Below, in pieces: positions 1 to 10,941 of a stretch of 64,000 nt of DNA; position 1 is the stretch's first letter, and each line of letters opens with the position of its first letter. Origin of the DNA: Candidatus Marinacidobacterales bacterium (GTDB taxonomy: Bacteria; Acidobacteriota; Vicinamibacteria; Marinacidobacterales; DATDRI01); the NCBI GenBank assembly GCA_965219415.1, contig CBDCNP010000002.1, positions 1,888,001-1,952,000 of the forward strand. The letters are read 5' to 3'. The translations under genes were made by a program, and so were the position numbers. Under the pieces are notes generated by a model. That model saw nothing but the letters and a program-made list of their open reading frames with translations, made no database searches and was not told the origin of the DNA.

Positions 1-2
1 GG

Positions 3-752
3 GAAGAGCTGAACGACTACCTGCTGACGTGTTGCCGCAAGGAGGAGAAACGTCACATCTCCGGCAAAGCACATACGGTTGGTGTTGGGATGGAGTACGA
101 ACGCGAGCACCTGTTGCCACTGGCGACGCAGGGTTTCGAGCTCGAAGAAAGACGAATCGGTCTGGTGGATAAGAAGGGTTGCGTCCGTGCGGGCACGAAC
201 TGGTACTCGACGCCGCTCAAGCGCGGCCAACGTGCGGTGGCCAAGCTGATGCCGCTTGAAGTTGAGGTCTGGCACGAGGGACGCCGGGTGGCGCGTCACG
301 AACGCTGCTACGACCGCATGAAACAAGTACTAGATCTTGAACACTACTTGGACGTCCTCGAGCGCAAACCCGGAGCCTTAGCCGGGTCGACGCCTCTGGC
401 GCAGTGGCGCGAGCAAGGACGGTGGCCAGCGAGCTACGATGAAGTGTGGAAGCGATTGAATCGTCGTCACGGCAAGCAAGAAGGCACGCGTCAGATGATC
501 GAACTCGTGCAGCTTGGACGCCGACACGGTTACGACCAGCTAAGAGATACGTTGCGTGTGGCGCTTGAGATCGGCTGTATCGATGCAGACGCGATTCGGC
601 ACCTTGTCGAGTCTCCATCGCTTTCGCGCGCGGCATCGTCAGAGCTAGTCCAATCTCAACTCGGTGAGCTGGCGCGCTACGAACGTCCTCTACCTCACGT
701 GGGTCACTACGACCGACTCGTGGATGAGCAGGCACACGAGGTAAGTCGATGA
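3..752 (+). CDS. istA: IS21-family transposase IstA, C-terminal part (runs off the window edge)
   Basis: Frame open from position 3. Motifs '[17 protein letters not shown]', '[13 protein letters not shown]' and '[12 protein letters not shown]'. ATGA overlap with istB. Confidence 0.9.
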   Translation, partial: EELNDYLLTCCRKEEKRHISGKAHTVGVGMEYEREHLLPLATQGFELEERRIGLVDKKGCVRAGTNWYSTPLKRGQRAVAKLMPLEVEVWHEGRRVARHERCYDRMKQVLDLEHYLDVLERKPGALAGSTPLAQWREQGRWPASYDEVWKRLNRRHGKQEGTRQMIELVQLGRRHGYDQLRDTLRVALEIGCIDADAIRHLVESPSLSRAASSELVQSQLGELARYERPLPHVGHYDRLVDEQAHEVSR

Positions 753-1066
753 GACAACCCGTCGAGATTCAAACGATCCAGCAGCATTGCAAGACGCTTC
801 GGATGCCAACGGTGTCAGCTCAGTTCCACAAGCTCGCAGAACAAGCTAGCCGCGAAAAACAAACCCACGTGGGTTATCTGGAGGTTCTGCTCAGCTCTGA
901 AGTCGAAGAGCGAGAACACCGAACGGTTCAGAGACGGCTGAAGGAAGCACAGCTGCCGAGAGCGAAGACGCTCGACGAGTTCGACTTCTCGCTGTCACCG
1001 AAGCTGTCCGCTCAGCGAATCCGCCAACTCACTGAGGGTAGATACCTCGAGCGGGCAGAGCCGGAT
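749..1066 (+). pseudogene. istB: IS21 helper ATPase IstB, truncated before the Walker A motif
   Basis: 'LRMPTV...[38 protein letters not shown]...YLERAE', then the sequence switches to unrelated DNA. No GxxGxGKT. Confidence 0.88.
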
Positions 1067-1332
1067 TCGTACGCCTCGGCGTGATCGACCGCGTAGTCAC
1101 GCTTGACGACCGCGACGAGCTCCTCACCGCCATGCTCGGTATTGCCGCCCATCGCTTGTACCAATACGAAACCGTCGAGAGCGGCTTCGTTCAACTCACG
1201 CTCCATGGTCGAGGTCTTGTTGGTGGCGAGCAAGCGGTAGTCGACATCGACCGCGTCCTTCGCGGCGAGCATCGAGGTGGGTCCAACCCCAACGCCCATG
1301 AGGAAGATTAGCCGTCCCAAGTACTTCATCAC
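1067..1332 (-). pseudogene. Secreted hypothetical protein, 3'-truncated at the istB junction
   Basis: Signal-like N-terminus, then 'YRLLATNKTSTMERELNEAA'. Purine-rich RBS-like sequence upstream. Confidence 0.55.
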
Positions 1333-1394
1333 CTACCCCCTATCCTTCGGACGCCGACACTGAGAGGGTAGCATGTATCGGCGTCCGACAGTTG

Positions 1395-1590
1395 CACGCG
1401 ACGGTCTCTCGCCGGCAACTCAGGATCCAGCGTTCGGCGGTTCCATTCTGCCACGGGCTCCGATACGAGGTACGAATGGGTTCGATGCCGAGCGCCCGGA
1501 CGCACTCGACGACGGCCGGGCTGAAAATGGAGTCACGGTCGAAGATGAGATACCTAGGCGCGGTGTCGTATGGGAACGCCTCGCGCAGCG
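1395..1590 (-). pseudogene. Integrase-core (rve, DDE) transposase fragment
   Basis: 'LREAFPYDTAPRYLIFDRDSIF...RSPWQNGTAERWILSCRRE'. Confidence 0.8.
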
Positions 1591-1596
1591 AAAAAA

Positions 1597-1623
1597 TTGG
1601 CACGCCCGGTAGGATTCGAACCT
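1597..1623 (-). repeat. 27-bp duplicate of the tRNA-Arg 3' end (att-like site)
   Basis: ttggcacgcccggtaggattcgaacct is identical at 1597-1623 and 1770-1796. Confidence 0.9.
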
Positions 1624-1770
1624 TGTTGCGCCAAGGGTCCGGGTGTGGCACCGTCGGCGCCCACCTAGATACTGCACGCACCTATTTGCGGGCAATTGCA
1701 CATCCGTTCTGCAACTTGCGGTTGCGCGTGGCTGGACCTGTTTGCGCGGAATTCCCGCGGGGAGAGAAGT

Positions 1771-1847
1771 TGGCACGCCCGGTAGGATTCGAACCTACGA
1801 CCTACAGATTCGAAGTCTGGCGCTCTATCCAGCTGAGCTACGGGCGC
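1771..1847 (-). tRNA. tRNA-Arg (anticodon TCG)
   Basis: Reverse complement GCGCCCGTAGCTCAGCTGGATAGAGCGCCAGAC-T-TCG-AATCTG...GGTTCGAATCC...GGGCGTGCCA, 77 nt, CCA encoded. Confidence 0.96.
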
Positions 1848-1973
1848 ACCTAGTCCTTTCAATAACTTACGCTGCCCTGCTTGTCAAATCCGCCGCGCAA
1901 CAGTGTGTATTGCCAACGCGCCAGTTGAAAATCTCTCGGTTTAGTCTCACAATAGTAGATAACCCATCTACAA

Positions 1974-3373
1974 GAGTTATAACCAGAAGTTGTGGATCGC
2001 CTGAATGAGAAAGGCGGCGTATCCTTCCATGTAAGACAAAGGCCAAACCGGTTTTAGCGAACCGGAGGAAGGAAACGCCACCGATGCTGAGGATACAAGA
2101 TCCACCGAAGGAAACGAAACATGAGGAAGTCGGGACTGCGCTCGATGAGCTGGCTCGTGAGGGGGCGCGTCGAATGTTGATGACGGCGCTGGAGGAGGAA
2201 GTCGGAGACTACATCGAAAGCCACTCTCCGGAACGAGACGAGAACGGACACGCGAGCGTAGTCCGCAACGGTCGAGCTCGAGCCCGCAAAGTGACGATGG
2301 GCTGCGGAACGATGGAAGTCGAGGCGCCGCGAGTCAACGACAAGCGGGTGATCGATGGAGAACGTCAGCGCTTCACGAGCAGCATCTTACCTCCGTATAT
2401 GCGTCGCTCCCCGAAGGTGAGTGAGGTTTTGCCGTTGCTGTACTTGCGCGGATTGTCGACGAACGATTTCGGGCCTGCGCTGAAGGAGCTGCTGGGCGAG
2501 GAGGCTTCGGGGCTTTCGTCGACGGCGATCACGAGGCTGACGGCGAAATGGCAGTCGGAGTACGAAGAGTTTCGGAAACGAGACTTGAGCCGCGAGGATT
2601 ACGCGTACATCTGGGTCGACGGCGTTCACTTCAATGTTCGTCTCGAAGACGACAGGCTTTGCACCCTTGTCGTTCTTGGTGTTCGGGCGGATGGGACGAA
2701 GGAGCTGCTCGCGGTGGAGGACGGTTATCGAGAGAGCGAGGAGAGCTGGGCGTACGTGCTGAGGGAACTAGATCGCCGCGGGATGAAACCTCCTCTTCTC
2801 GCCATCGGAGACGGCGCCTTGGGATTCTGGGCTGCGGTTCGAAACGTATAGCCGGAAACCCGTCACCAGTTGTGCTGCGTTCACAAGACAAAAAACGTCC
2901 TCGACAAGCTACCGAGGCGTCTTCATGGCCGTGTGAAGAGCGCCCTGAACGAGATCGTCAAGGCTGAGACCAGGGAGCAGGCGGAAGAAGCTCTTGAGCG
3001 GTTCGAATCGGACTACGGGGCCAAGTACCCCAAGGCTGTCGCATCCCTGACCAAGCACCAGGACAAACTCCTGACGTTCTACGATTTCCCCGCCGAGCAC
3101 TGGGAGCACATCCGAACCGCCAACCCCATCGAGTCGGCGTTCGCCACGGTGCGACTCCGGCAGAGAGTTACCAAGGGAGCAGGCTCCCGTTCGAAAACCC
3201 TCCTCATGGCCTACAAGTTACTCGACATGGCGAGCCAACGATGGCGCCGGGTGAACGCCCCCGCACTTGTCGCTCGGATACTTGAGGGAGAGAAGTTCGT
3301 CGACGGATTAAACGAAGAAGCGAGGAACGCCGCTTGACTCAGAAAGTTGATCCACAACTCTTGACAATATCTC
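1974..3373 (+). mobile_element. IS256-family element (type A)
   Basis: Imperfect 25-bp terminal inverted repeats GAGTTATAACCAGAAGTTGTGGATC / GATCCACAACTCTTGACAATATCTC. No matching target-site duplication (TSD). Confidence 0.88.
2084..3337 (+). pseudogene. IS256-family transposase with an in-frame TAG at 2849-2851
   Basis: 'YIWVDGVHF', 'AIGDGALGFWAA', 'CCVHK', 'IRTANPIESAFATVR'. The two ORF halves are in the same frame. Confidence 0.9.
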
Positions 3374-3426
3374 CGACTGTTGTGCCTGGGCACTCTGTCC
3401 TTGGTTAGCTTGGCGGCCTCCAGGGC

Positions 3427-3600
3427 CTAGCTGGCCTGTAGATGGCCGCAGCCCCAGAACGACGCAGCCGGCGAGGCCCGACAGGAACCACTTCAGGGCC
3501 AGGTTATGCGGGAGCGGGAAGGCCACGTAGCTGTTTGTAGGACTGACTCATGGCGAAGAACAGGCCAATGATGGCCCCGGCACGTACGGGCTCACCATCG
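3427..3600 (-). pseudogene. Degraded membrane-protein remnant
   Basis: Hydrophobic pieces 'GAIIGLFFAMSQSY' and 'YVAFPLPHNLALKWFLSGLAGCVVLGL' in shifting frames. Confidence 0.4.
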
Positions 3601-3700
3601 AGATGCCTGGCTGCAAAACCAAGCAACTGAATTCCCGCTGGAACGGGCTATTTATCAAGCTCCTCCTGGACAATGTAGGCGCGCATACGATCGATTTTAC

Positions 3701-5160
3701 GGGGATGTCCCGCCGGATGTTGAATTTGGGGTAGCGGCGGCTCCTTGGCCGGCCTAAGAATAGGTCTGCCAAACAACCGTCTCCAGAGGGGGACAAGGAG
3801 CCACCAATGCCTAGGAAATCAAAGAAGCCAGTAAGAAAGCAAACGCACTCGCCTACGGGCAAGGTAGTTGGCCAAGTCGGTCAGATACTGCTACCGATGA
3901 TAGCTGGGATCGCGGCCACGAAGGCGGAACTGACGGAATGGGTGTACGAGCAAGGACTGACAGCTCTGCACCTACTGCTCAGAGAGGACGCCGAGGAGAT
4001 CGCGGGGCTCAAGGGCAAGCACGAGAAGGAGCGAACTCATAACCACTGGGGGAGCACGAACGGAGAGCTGAGCTTCGGTGGTCGTCGCATCCAAGTGTCG
4101 CGACCTCGAGTTCGCTCGAAGTCGGGCGAGGAGGCGTCGCTTCCACACTTCGAAGCCTTCCGCGAAGAAGACCCGCTTCCAGAGCGAGTGTTGAATCAGA
4201 TCTTGGTGGGGGTATCGACCCGAAATTACGAATCGAGTCTGAACAAACCCGCGGCCAAGTTGAAGTCTCGTGGCACGAGTAAGAGTGCCGCCAGCCGTCA
4301 CCTCGTGAGCCAGACGACTAAGAAGCTCGAGGAATACCTGTCTCGGCGGCTAGAGGAGTTCGAGCTTGCGGCACTGATGCTGGATGGCCTTGAGGTGGCC
4401 GGACAGACCGTCGTCGTAACTCTAGGTATCACAATAGATGGAACGAAGGTGCCCCTGGGTATATGGCTGGGCTCGACGGAGAACTCTCGGGTGTGCACCG
4501 CGATGTTGCAGGACCTTCTCGAGCGGGGCTTGCGCGTCGATGAGTCGATTCTCTGCGTAGTGGACGGAGGCAAAGGCATCCGCAAGGCACTCGTCGACGT
4601 TTTGGGGGACCTCGCGGTCATCCAAAGGTGCCAGATCCATAAACTCCGGAATCTTCGCTCGTACCTTCCCAAGTCTCGTCACGCCTACGTGCTCCAGACG
4701 ATGAAGGAAGCCTACAAGTGCAAGAGTGCCGACAAGGCGCGCAAGCGACTTCAGGCATTGGTGTCGTGGCTCGAGCGAAACGGCTACGACGAAGCTGCCG
4801 GAAGCCTTCGTGAAGGGATGGAAGAGACACTCACGGTCGTGAAGCTCGCGCTGCCCGCCTTACTTCGCCAGTCTCTTGCCACGACGAACGCCATTGAGAA
4901 TCTCAACGGAACCATTCGCAGAGTATCGAGAAACGTCAAGCGTTGGAAGAGTCCTTCCATGGTTCGCCGATGGACCGCTCTTGGCGTCGTCACCGCGCAG
5001 AAAAAGTTCCGGCGTATCAAAGGCTATCGCCATATGGGCGCTCTCGTTCACGCGCTTAGAAGCAAACAGAAATCTCTTGACAGCGATGAGTTTGCTGCCT
5101 AAGAGTATTCACAGGTGCCGCCGCTACCCGACCAAATTCAACAGCGGCCGGGACATCCCC
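3701..5160 (+). mobile_element. IS256-family element (type B), intact
   Basis: Inverted repeats GGGGATGTCCCG..GTTGAATTTGG / CCAAATTCAAC..CGGGACATCCCC. 8-bp TSD GATTTTAC at 3693-3700 and 5161-5168. Confidence 0.95.
3807..5102 (+). CDS. IS256-family transposase
   Basis: 431 aa. 'LMLDG', 'VVDGGKGI', 'IQRCQIHKLRN', 'TTNAIENLN'. Confidence 0.93.
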   Translation: MPRKSKKPVRKQTHSPTGKVVGQVGQILLPMIAGIAATKAELTEWVYEQGLTALHLLLREDAEEIAGLKGKHEKERTHNHWGSTNGELSFGGRRIQVSRPRVRSKSGEEASLPHFEAFREEDPLPERVLNQILVGVSTRNYESSLNKPAAKLKSRGTSKSAASRHLVSQTTKKLEEYLSRRLEEFELAALMLDGLEVAGQTVVVTLGITIDGTKVPLGIWLGSTENSRVCTAMLQDLLERGLRVDESILCVVDGGKGIRKALVDVLGDLAVIQRCQIHKLRNLRSYLPKSRHAYVLQTMKEAYKCKSADKARKRLQALVSWLERNGYDEAAGSLREGMEETLTVVKLALPALLRQSLATTNAIENLNGTIRRVSRNVKRWKSPSMVRRWTALGVVTAQKKFRRIKGYRHMGALVHALRSKQKSLDSDEFAA

Positions 5161-5759
5161 GATTTTACCTTCGCACACATGTTCCACCGATGCGACCCAG
5201 AATTGCACCCTCGTTCCAGGTTTCCCTCCGTCTATGGCCTTTGTGCTCCTTGTGCCTATTCCCGAGATTTCTACCAAAACCTGATCGTCATGAGCAAATA
5301 TATTGTCAATATTCCACTTCAGATCTGGAAATGAATCAAGGTATCCCTGTATCTCCTCTTCAAGCTCCCCTCGGGCCGTGTTTTGGAGGTTCTCCAAAAT
5401 CTTCATCCACTACGTCATCTGAAACTACAGAAAGGGACCGCTCGATATCGTGTTCTGCGAAACCCTCTATATGGGTTCTCACCAGGGCAATATTGGATCG
5501 TTCTTCTTCTGTGTAGTCAGTGTCACTTGATATTATTCATTTTTATATATCTCCTGAGGGTATAGTCGGGTTAGTCGAATTGATGAAGTAATTCAAATCC
5601 CAACAATGACTGACTATCGTTGAAGTACTCCAGATTCCTAGGGGATTATTCGTGAATATTCCCTGTATTTTCCCTGATATCAGTGAATAATGTGGTGAAA
5701 ATGGTTAGCTGGAGATTGTAACCACCCCCAAACAGCATTGGTACCTTATCCAGACAGAG

Positions 5760-5930
5760 TTAAAGAGCACATGTCCTGAAACCTGCCATTACATCACGGC
5801 GATCCAGGGGAAAAAAATTACGATACCGGCCCTGTCACCATAACGACTTCGTGTTGCCCAGGTTCGACCTTTTTAATACCTTGGTATCATCAAAAAGCGG
5901 CTCTGAATTGTTAACAGATAGGAAATCGTA
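5760..5930 (-). pseudogene. C-terminal remnant of an EgtB/SenA-like FGE-sulfatase domain protein
   Basis: 'SEPLFDDTKVLK..', 'TWATRSRY' (shifted frame) and 'YRNFFPLDRRDVMAGFRTCAL*' in an AT-rich patch. Confidence 0.65.
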
Positions 5931-6786
5931 TCTCGCCACCGTGTGTCTCACGGGCCTGAATTGTATCGGTTGAGGGTTCGGGTGGCGCAACAACCTACCG
6001 GGCGTGCCATTTGTTTTAGCGACGTATCGGTTTGCTACGATAAGCCTCTATCTAGTTAGGCCGAAAAGAGCGGTTGCTTTCCCCCACTCCCTTGAAACAA
6101 CCTATGTTGGGCGCGCTGCACAATGAGCCAAAAAGAAACATCGACCGCGACGCCATGGGCGAAGCTGCTCTTCGTCAACCTCGCCGTCCTGGCGCTGGGC
6201 CTGGTGGTGCTGGAGCTAGCTTTCGGCAACTGGGTCCGTCCCGACCAGCTCAATCGCTTAAATCTTCTCAAAACCCGTGAAATCCGCTACGACGTCGACG
6301 GTGCATACGGGACCGACCACACGTACACGGTCTATCGTCGCGACGCCTACGGGTTCCGCGGCTCTTATCCCTCGCTCTCGGAAATCGACGTCCTGACCCT
6401 GGGTGGAAGCACCACCGACCAGCGCCACATCCACGAGGGTGAGACGTGGCAGGACGTGCTGCACGAGAACTTCGCCGCTGACGGCCGGGCGGTCTCGATC
6501 GTCAACGCGGGCATCGACGGCCAGTCAACCTACAGGCACATCAAGAACTTCGTTTGGTGGTTTCCCGGCGTCCAAGGCCTGAGAGGCCGCTACTGTCTCG
6601 TCTACGTCGGCATCAACGATTTCTACAAGGAAGCCGGCGCCCAGCGGGACGACCTGCTCCGGCATGGCGAAGGCTCGGTGGTGGGAGCGCTCAAAGAGCG
6701 GAGCGCGATCTACCACCTCTACCGTCTGCTCAAGGGGATTCATGCCGCCGGAGCGCAGCACGGATTGAGTCATACCAAGATAGATT

Positions 6787-8171
6787 GGGTTTACGCGGAT
6801 TCGTGTGGGTAAGTTCTGACGGAAAAACAGTGTAACTCATTGTGTGGAAAAGGTATCGAGTACTTCATCAGGTGCTGAAAAGTGGTCCATTTTTAGGATA
6901 GGCTAGCCGAGTGAAAAATTCCCAGTCGATCCGCTCGCTGTTTGCGCTGCCAGGTTTCGTGGTTGGTGCCGGATTGAAGGGTCTATTCGGTGACCGATAC
7001 GCCCGCGTCATCCAGCTCAAGAGGCGAAAAAAACAGCTGTGTGCTCTTACTGTGGGCAACGGTGCCGGGGGCGCTATGACAAGCAAGTGTGCCGGGTCCG
7101 CGACCTGTCGTTGGCAGGCTGGCGGATCTATCTGGAATACGAGCGTTGGCGCGTCAACTGTTCTGGGTGCGGCGGTGTGCATGTAGAACACCTAGACTGG
7201 CTGGCGAACAACTCGCGCTACACCCAGCGTTTTGCGACGCATGTGGGCAAGCTGTGCCGGGATATGCCGAACAAGGCGGTGGCCGAGATGGAACGTCTGC
7301 ACCACGGTACGGTGAAGGCTCTGGATACGCTCTACATGCAAGAGCAGGTCGACCGGGCGGGGCTACCGGCGCCTCGGGCCATCGGTGTCGATGAGATCTC
7401 CATCCGCAAGGGACATAATTATCGCGTCATTGTCAGCGACCTGGAGCGGGCGCGTCCCATCTGGGTGGGCGGTAAGGGTCGCAAAGAAACCGACATCGAT
7501 TTGTTCTTCAAGGCGCTGGGCGGAAAGAAAAGCGCCCGTATCAAGCTGGCCGCCATGGATACGTGGAAGCCCTTCCGGAACTCGGTGATTCACAACGCGC
7601 CTAATGCGCGGATCATCTTCGACAAGTTTCATATCATGCGTCATCTGTCAAAGGCCTTCGATGAGGTCCGGCGCGGTGAGTACAAACGCCTCAGCGGCAA
7701 GGACCGGTCGTACATCAAGGGGCAGCGTTACACTTTGCTTTCCCGGCGGGAGAACCTGAGCCTAGACGGTCGCCGCGCACTCAAAAAGTTGCTCCAGGCC
7801 AACCGGCGCCTGAACACCGCCTATATTTTGAAGGAGGCCTTCGGGCAACTCTGGGATTACCGCACCGAACGCGGCGCTCGCGCCTTTTTCACCCGTTGGA
7901 AAGACAGCCTCAAATGGCAACGCCTGCATCCGTACCAGAAGTTCGCCGGTATGATTGAGTCCCATTGGGATGGTATCGCCTCCTACTGTCATCCGGAGAA
8001 CAAAGTCAGTCTCGGCCTAGTTGAAGGGGTCAACAACAAAATCCGTGTTCTGCAACGACGCGCCTACGGCTATCGCGACGAGGAATATCTCAAGCTGAAG
8101 ATCGTGGCGACTTTCCTTCCGCCATTACCCAGAAATGCAGTTTTCAACCCACACGAATCCGCGTAGACCCA
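6787..8171 (+). mobile_element. ISL3-family element, full copy
   Basis: Inverted repeats GGGTTTACGCGGATTCGTGTGGGT / ACCCACACGAATCCGCGTAGACCC(A). 7-bp TSD ATAGATT at 6780-6786 and 8172-8178. Confidence 0.95.
6911..8166 (+). CDS. ISL3 transposase, probably expressed through a -1 frameshift at A7C (7027-7034)
   Basis: Zinc finger CxxC..CxxC, 'IGVDEISIRKGHNY', 'FDKFHI', 'VEGVNNKI..RRAYGYRD'. Confidence 0.9.
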
Positions 8172-8805
8172 ATAGATTTCAGCTCGCTGCAGTGGACTTC
8201 GAGTCCTATCGCCGGTGACTACGACGGGCTCATGAAGGAACGGCTGGACGGCTATCGGGAGCGCCTCACGATTCTGTTGGATGCGATTCGCGAGTTCGAC
8301 GCCGCACCCATCCTGGTCTCGCAGCGAAGCATGAAATACAAGTGGATCGGCGGGCAGATCCAAGGTGTGGCCGACACGGAAGACTACGATGGCGTGGCCA
8401 TCAACGGCGTCGACTACTACCACATGCTCTCGCGACTCAACCGGCTGACGCAGCAGGCTTGCCAGCCGTCGGATTGCCTTTTCATAGACCTCGCCGCCGA
8501 GCTCGATCTGAGCGAAGACGACTTCTACGACTACCATACCAACCCTGCAGGCTGCAAAAAGATCGGCGACTACCTCTTCGCGAAGCTTCAACATTTGTTC
8601 TGAGAGTTTTCACAACGAAGACGTCTCCCCCGCGTCGGTGAGGGTCGACGAGCGGCTCCTACCACCGTAAGACCGATTGTGGTGTAAAGGATGAGGCTGA
8701 GAACCACTTAAAACTATTGTACAGAAGGAGGCGGAGACGGCAACCTTTTAACGGCGCTTGGTTTCACCTGATTGATAGGATATGTTGGCCGTGCTGGTAT
8801 AGAAG

Positions 8806-9777
8806 ATGTTTGGCAAGGGAGATCGAACTCGGCCAGGGAGCACCGTAGCGCTACTCGCGGTCTCCCTGGCGGCGGGGTGCCCTGGTACGGAACCAGAATC
8901 AGCTTCGGACGCGCAGCCAGGGATTGAGCGCCTGGCCGCGGGACCGCCACACGCCATCATCTTTCAGTCCGAACGGGCCGGCGGCGTCGACGTTTGGATG
9001 ATAAACGGCGACGGCTCGCAGCCAACCAACCTGACGGGAAACGGCGCCCTCGACTACAACGACCGCCACCCTACGGGATCTTCCGACGGCTCACGGATCG
9101 CCTTTCGTTCGGATCGAGACGGTAATCCCGACGTCTTCATCATGAGCCGGGACGGCTCCGAGCAGATGAATCTGACCGCTCACACGGCGACGGACATCGA
9201 CCCCTCGTTCTCACCCGACGGCTCGCGTATCACTTTTGATTCGGATCGCGATGGTAAGGTCGAAATCTATGTGATGGACACGGATGGCTCGAACCAGGTC
9301 CGTCTCACCGAGAACGACGCCGTCGACAGCCATCCTTTCTGGTCACCAACCGGTGACCGGATCGCCTTCTACTCGAATCGCGATGACCCGGATAGCGATG
9401 CGATGGATATTTACGTTCTGGATGTCGACGGAGGAGATGTCACTCGCATCACGAACGATCCAGCCGACGATCGCTACCCGTCCTGGTCGCCGGACGGTTC
9501 TCGGGTCACCTTCAGCTCCGATCGAGACGGGAACCCCGAAATCTATACGATGAGCGCCGACGGTTCCGACACCGTGCGCTTGACCCAGAACGATGCTCCG
9601 GATCTCGCACCCGCCTGGTCTCCCGATGGCGACTGGATCGTTTTTCGCTCCGAGCGAGACGGAGGTCCCGAGATCTATGTGATCCGCGCGGACGGCTCTG
9701 AGCCAACTCGACTCACCACGGACGGAGCGGGAAACAGCAACCCACGCTGGCTCTCCAACCAGTCAAGCGACCGGTAA
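8806..9777 (+). CDS. TolB-like beta-propeller (PD40 repeat) lipoprotein
   Basis: Lipobox LAAGC. About six repeats of 'P.WSPDG.RI.F.SDRDG..EIY.M..DGS...LT'. Confidence 0.9.
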   Translation: MFGKGDRTRPGSTVALLAVSLAAGCPGTEPESASDAQPGIERLAAGPPHAIIFQSERAGGVDVWMINGDGSQPTNLTGNGALDYNDRHPTGSSDGSRIAFRSDRDGNPDVFIMSRDGSEQMNLTAHTATDIDPSFSPDGSRITFDSDRDGKVEIYVMDTDGSNQVRLTENDAVDSHPFWSPTGDRIAFYSNRDDPDSDAMDIYVLDVDGGDVTRITNDPADDRYPSWSPDGSRVTFSSDRDGNPEIYTMSADGSDTVRLTQNDAPDLAPAWSPDGDWIVFRSERDGGPEIYVIRADGSEPTRLTTDGAGNSNPRWLSNQSSDR

Positions 9778-9811
9778 CGCTTCCGCTCGACGATTGTTCA
9801 AGGAGGAAATC

Positions 9812-10936
9812 ATGTTCGAGAATCCAAGGAAACGTCTTCTCCTAGGCGCGTGGCTCGTTACGACGCTATTGATTGCCTTGGCCGCACCCTCGGCGGCTCT
9901 GGCTCAAGGTTTCTTGACCTACCAGACGGTCCACAGCCCCGGATTGGAAGGCAACCTCTTGGGGGATTCGCCGAACCGGCAGGTGATGGTCTACTTGCCT
10001 CCGAGCTACACGAGCTCTCAGAAAAGCTACCCGGTCGTTTATCTCCTACACGGGTACAACGGAACCAACACGTCGTGGCGGGATGGAAGCTATCAGGGCT
10101 TCAACATTCAAACCGCTATGAACCAGCTCATCGGCGAGGGCAAGATCCTGGAGATGATCGTGGTCATGCCTGATGGTCGCAATTCCTATGGCGGTTCCTA
10201 TTTCGTCAACTCTCCAGTCATCGGTAATTGGGAAGATTTTGTGGCGCGAGACCTGGTCAAGTATGTCGACGAAACCTATCGAACGCTTCCCGACGCAAGC
10301 AGCCGGGCCATCGTCGGCCAATCGATGGGAGGCTACTCGGCCCTCTACATCGCAATCAAGAATGCGGACGTCTTTAGTGCCGTGTACGGACTCAGTGCCT
10401 GTTGTTTGGATATGGTGAAAGATCTCGAGGCCGGCAACCCCGAATGGATTCCGGCCATAGAAGCAAAAGACAGGGACGACCTGCTCCGGACGCATTTCGA
10501 CACCCCGAGCCACGGAAACTACGCCAATGCGCTCACGGCATTGGCGGCAGGCCTGTCGCCCAATCCGGACGAGCCTCCCTTGTTCGTCGATTACCCTTAT
10601 GAGATCGTGAACGGCCAAGTCCGGAGGAATGACAGCGCCTACGACAAGTGGATCGCCAATTTTCCGGCCCACATGGTCGAGCAATATCGATCCAACCTTC
10701 TCAAGCTCAAGGGCATCCGTTTCGTCACCGGTATGTCCGACCACTTGCAGCACATTCCGGCAGGCAGCCGGGCCTTTTCGCAAGCGTTGACGAAGGCCGG
10801 AATCCCCCACGAGCTCGAGATGGATAACGCCAGCCATAATGAGCTGGTGCGTGAATGGATGGAAACTCGAGTCTTACCGTACTTCTCCTTGATTCTGAAG
10901 CACCAGAAGCCGGTGTGGGAGAGGCCGGAGTCCTAA
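9812..10936 (+). CDS. Secreted alpha/beta-hydrolase esterase
   Basis: AGGAGG RBS, signal peptide, 'YPVVYLLHG', nucleophile motif GQSMGG. Confidence 0.88.
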   Translation: MFENPRKRLLLGAWLVTTLLIALAAPSAALAQGFLTYQTVHSPGLEGNLLGDSPNRQVMVYLPPSYTSSQKSYPVVYLLHGYNGTNTSWRDGSYQGFNIQTAMNQLIGEGKILEMIVVMPDGRNSYGGSYFVNSPVIGNWEDFVARDLVKYVDETYRTLPDASSRAIVGQSMGGYSALYIAIKNADVFSAVYGLSACCLDMVKDLEAGNPEWIPAIEAKDRDDLLRTHFDTPSHGNYANALTALAAGLSPNPDEPPLFVDYPYEIVNGQVRRNDSAYDKWIANFPAHMVEQYRSNLLKLKGIRFVTGMSDHLQHIPAGSRAFSQALTKAGIPHELEMDNASHNELVREWMETRVLPYFSLILKHQKPVWERPES

Positions 10937-10941
10937 CCCGC

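Larger units (their letters stand above)
3648..5540 (-). pseudogene. SnoaL/NTF2-like protein interrupted by IS256 type B
   Basis: 'ERSNIALVRTHIEGFAEHDIERSLSVVSDDVV' and 'YLDSFPDLKWNIDNIFAHDDQVLVE...VCEGKI'. After removing the IS and one TSD it continues 'DRMRAYIVQEELDK*'. Also frameshifted. Confidence 0.75.
6123..8603 (+). pseudogene. Membrane-anchored SGNH/GDSL hydrolase split by ISL3
   Basis: 'LGGSTT', 'NAGIDG', 'GINDF', 'DYHTNPAG'. Removing 6787-8178 joins the halves in frame: HTKIDF|SSLQWTSSP...MKERL. Confidence 0.88.

Noticed and set aside
2849-2851. In-frame TAG in the IS256 transposase as pyrrolysine or readthrough
   Set aside because: The context (RNV*PET) fits a TGG/TAC-type codon changed to TAG in an old IS copy that also lacks a TSD.
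8950-9760. Periodic DNA similarity suggesting a repeat array or CRISPR
   Set aside because: Explained by PD40 protein repeats. No identical repeats with unique spacers and no cas genes in the window.
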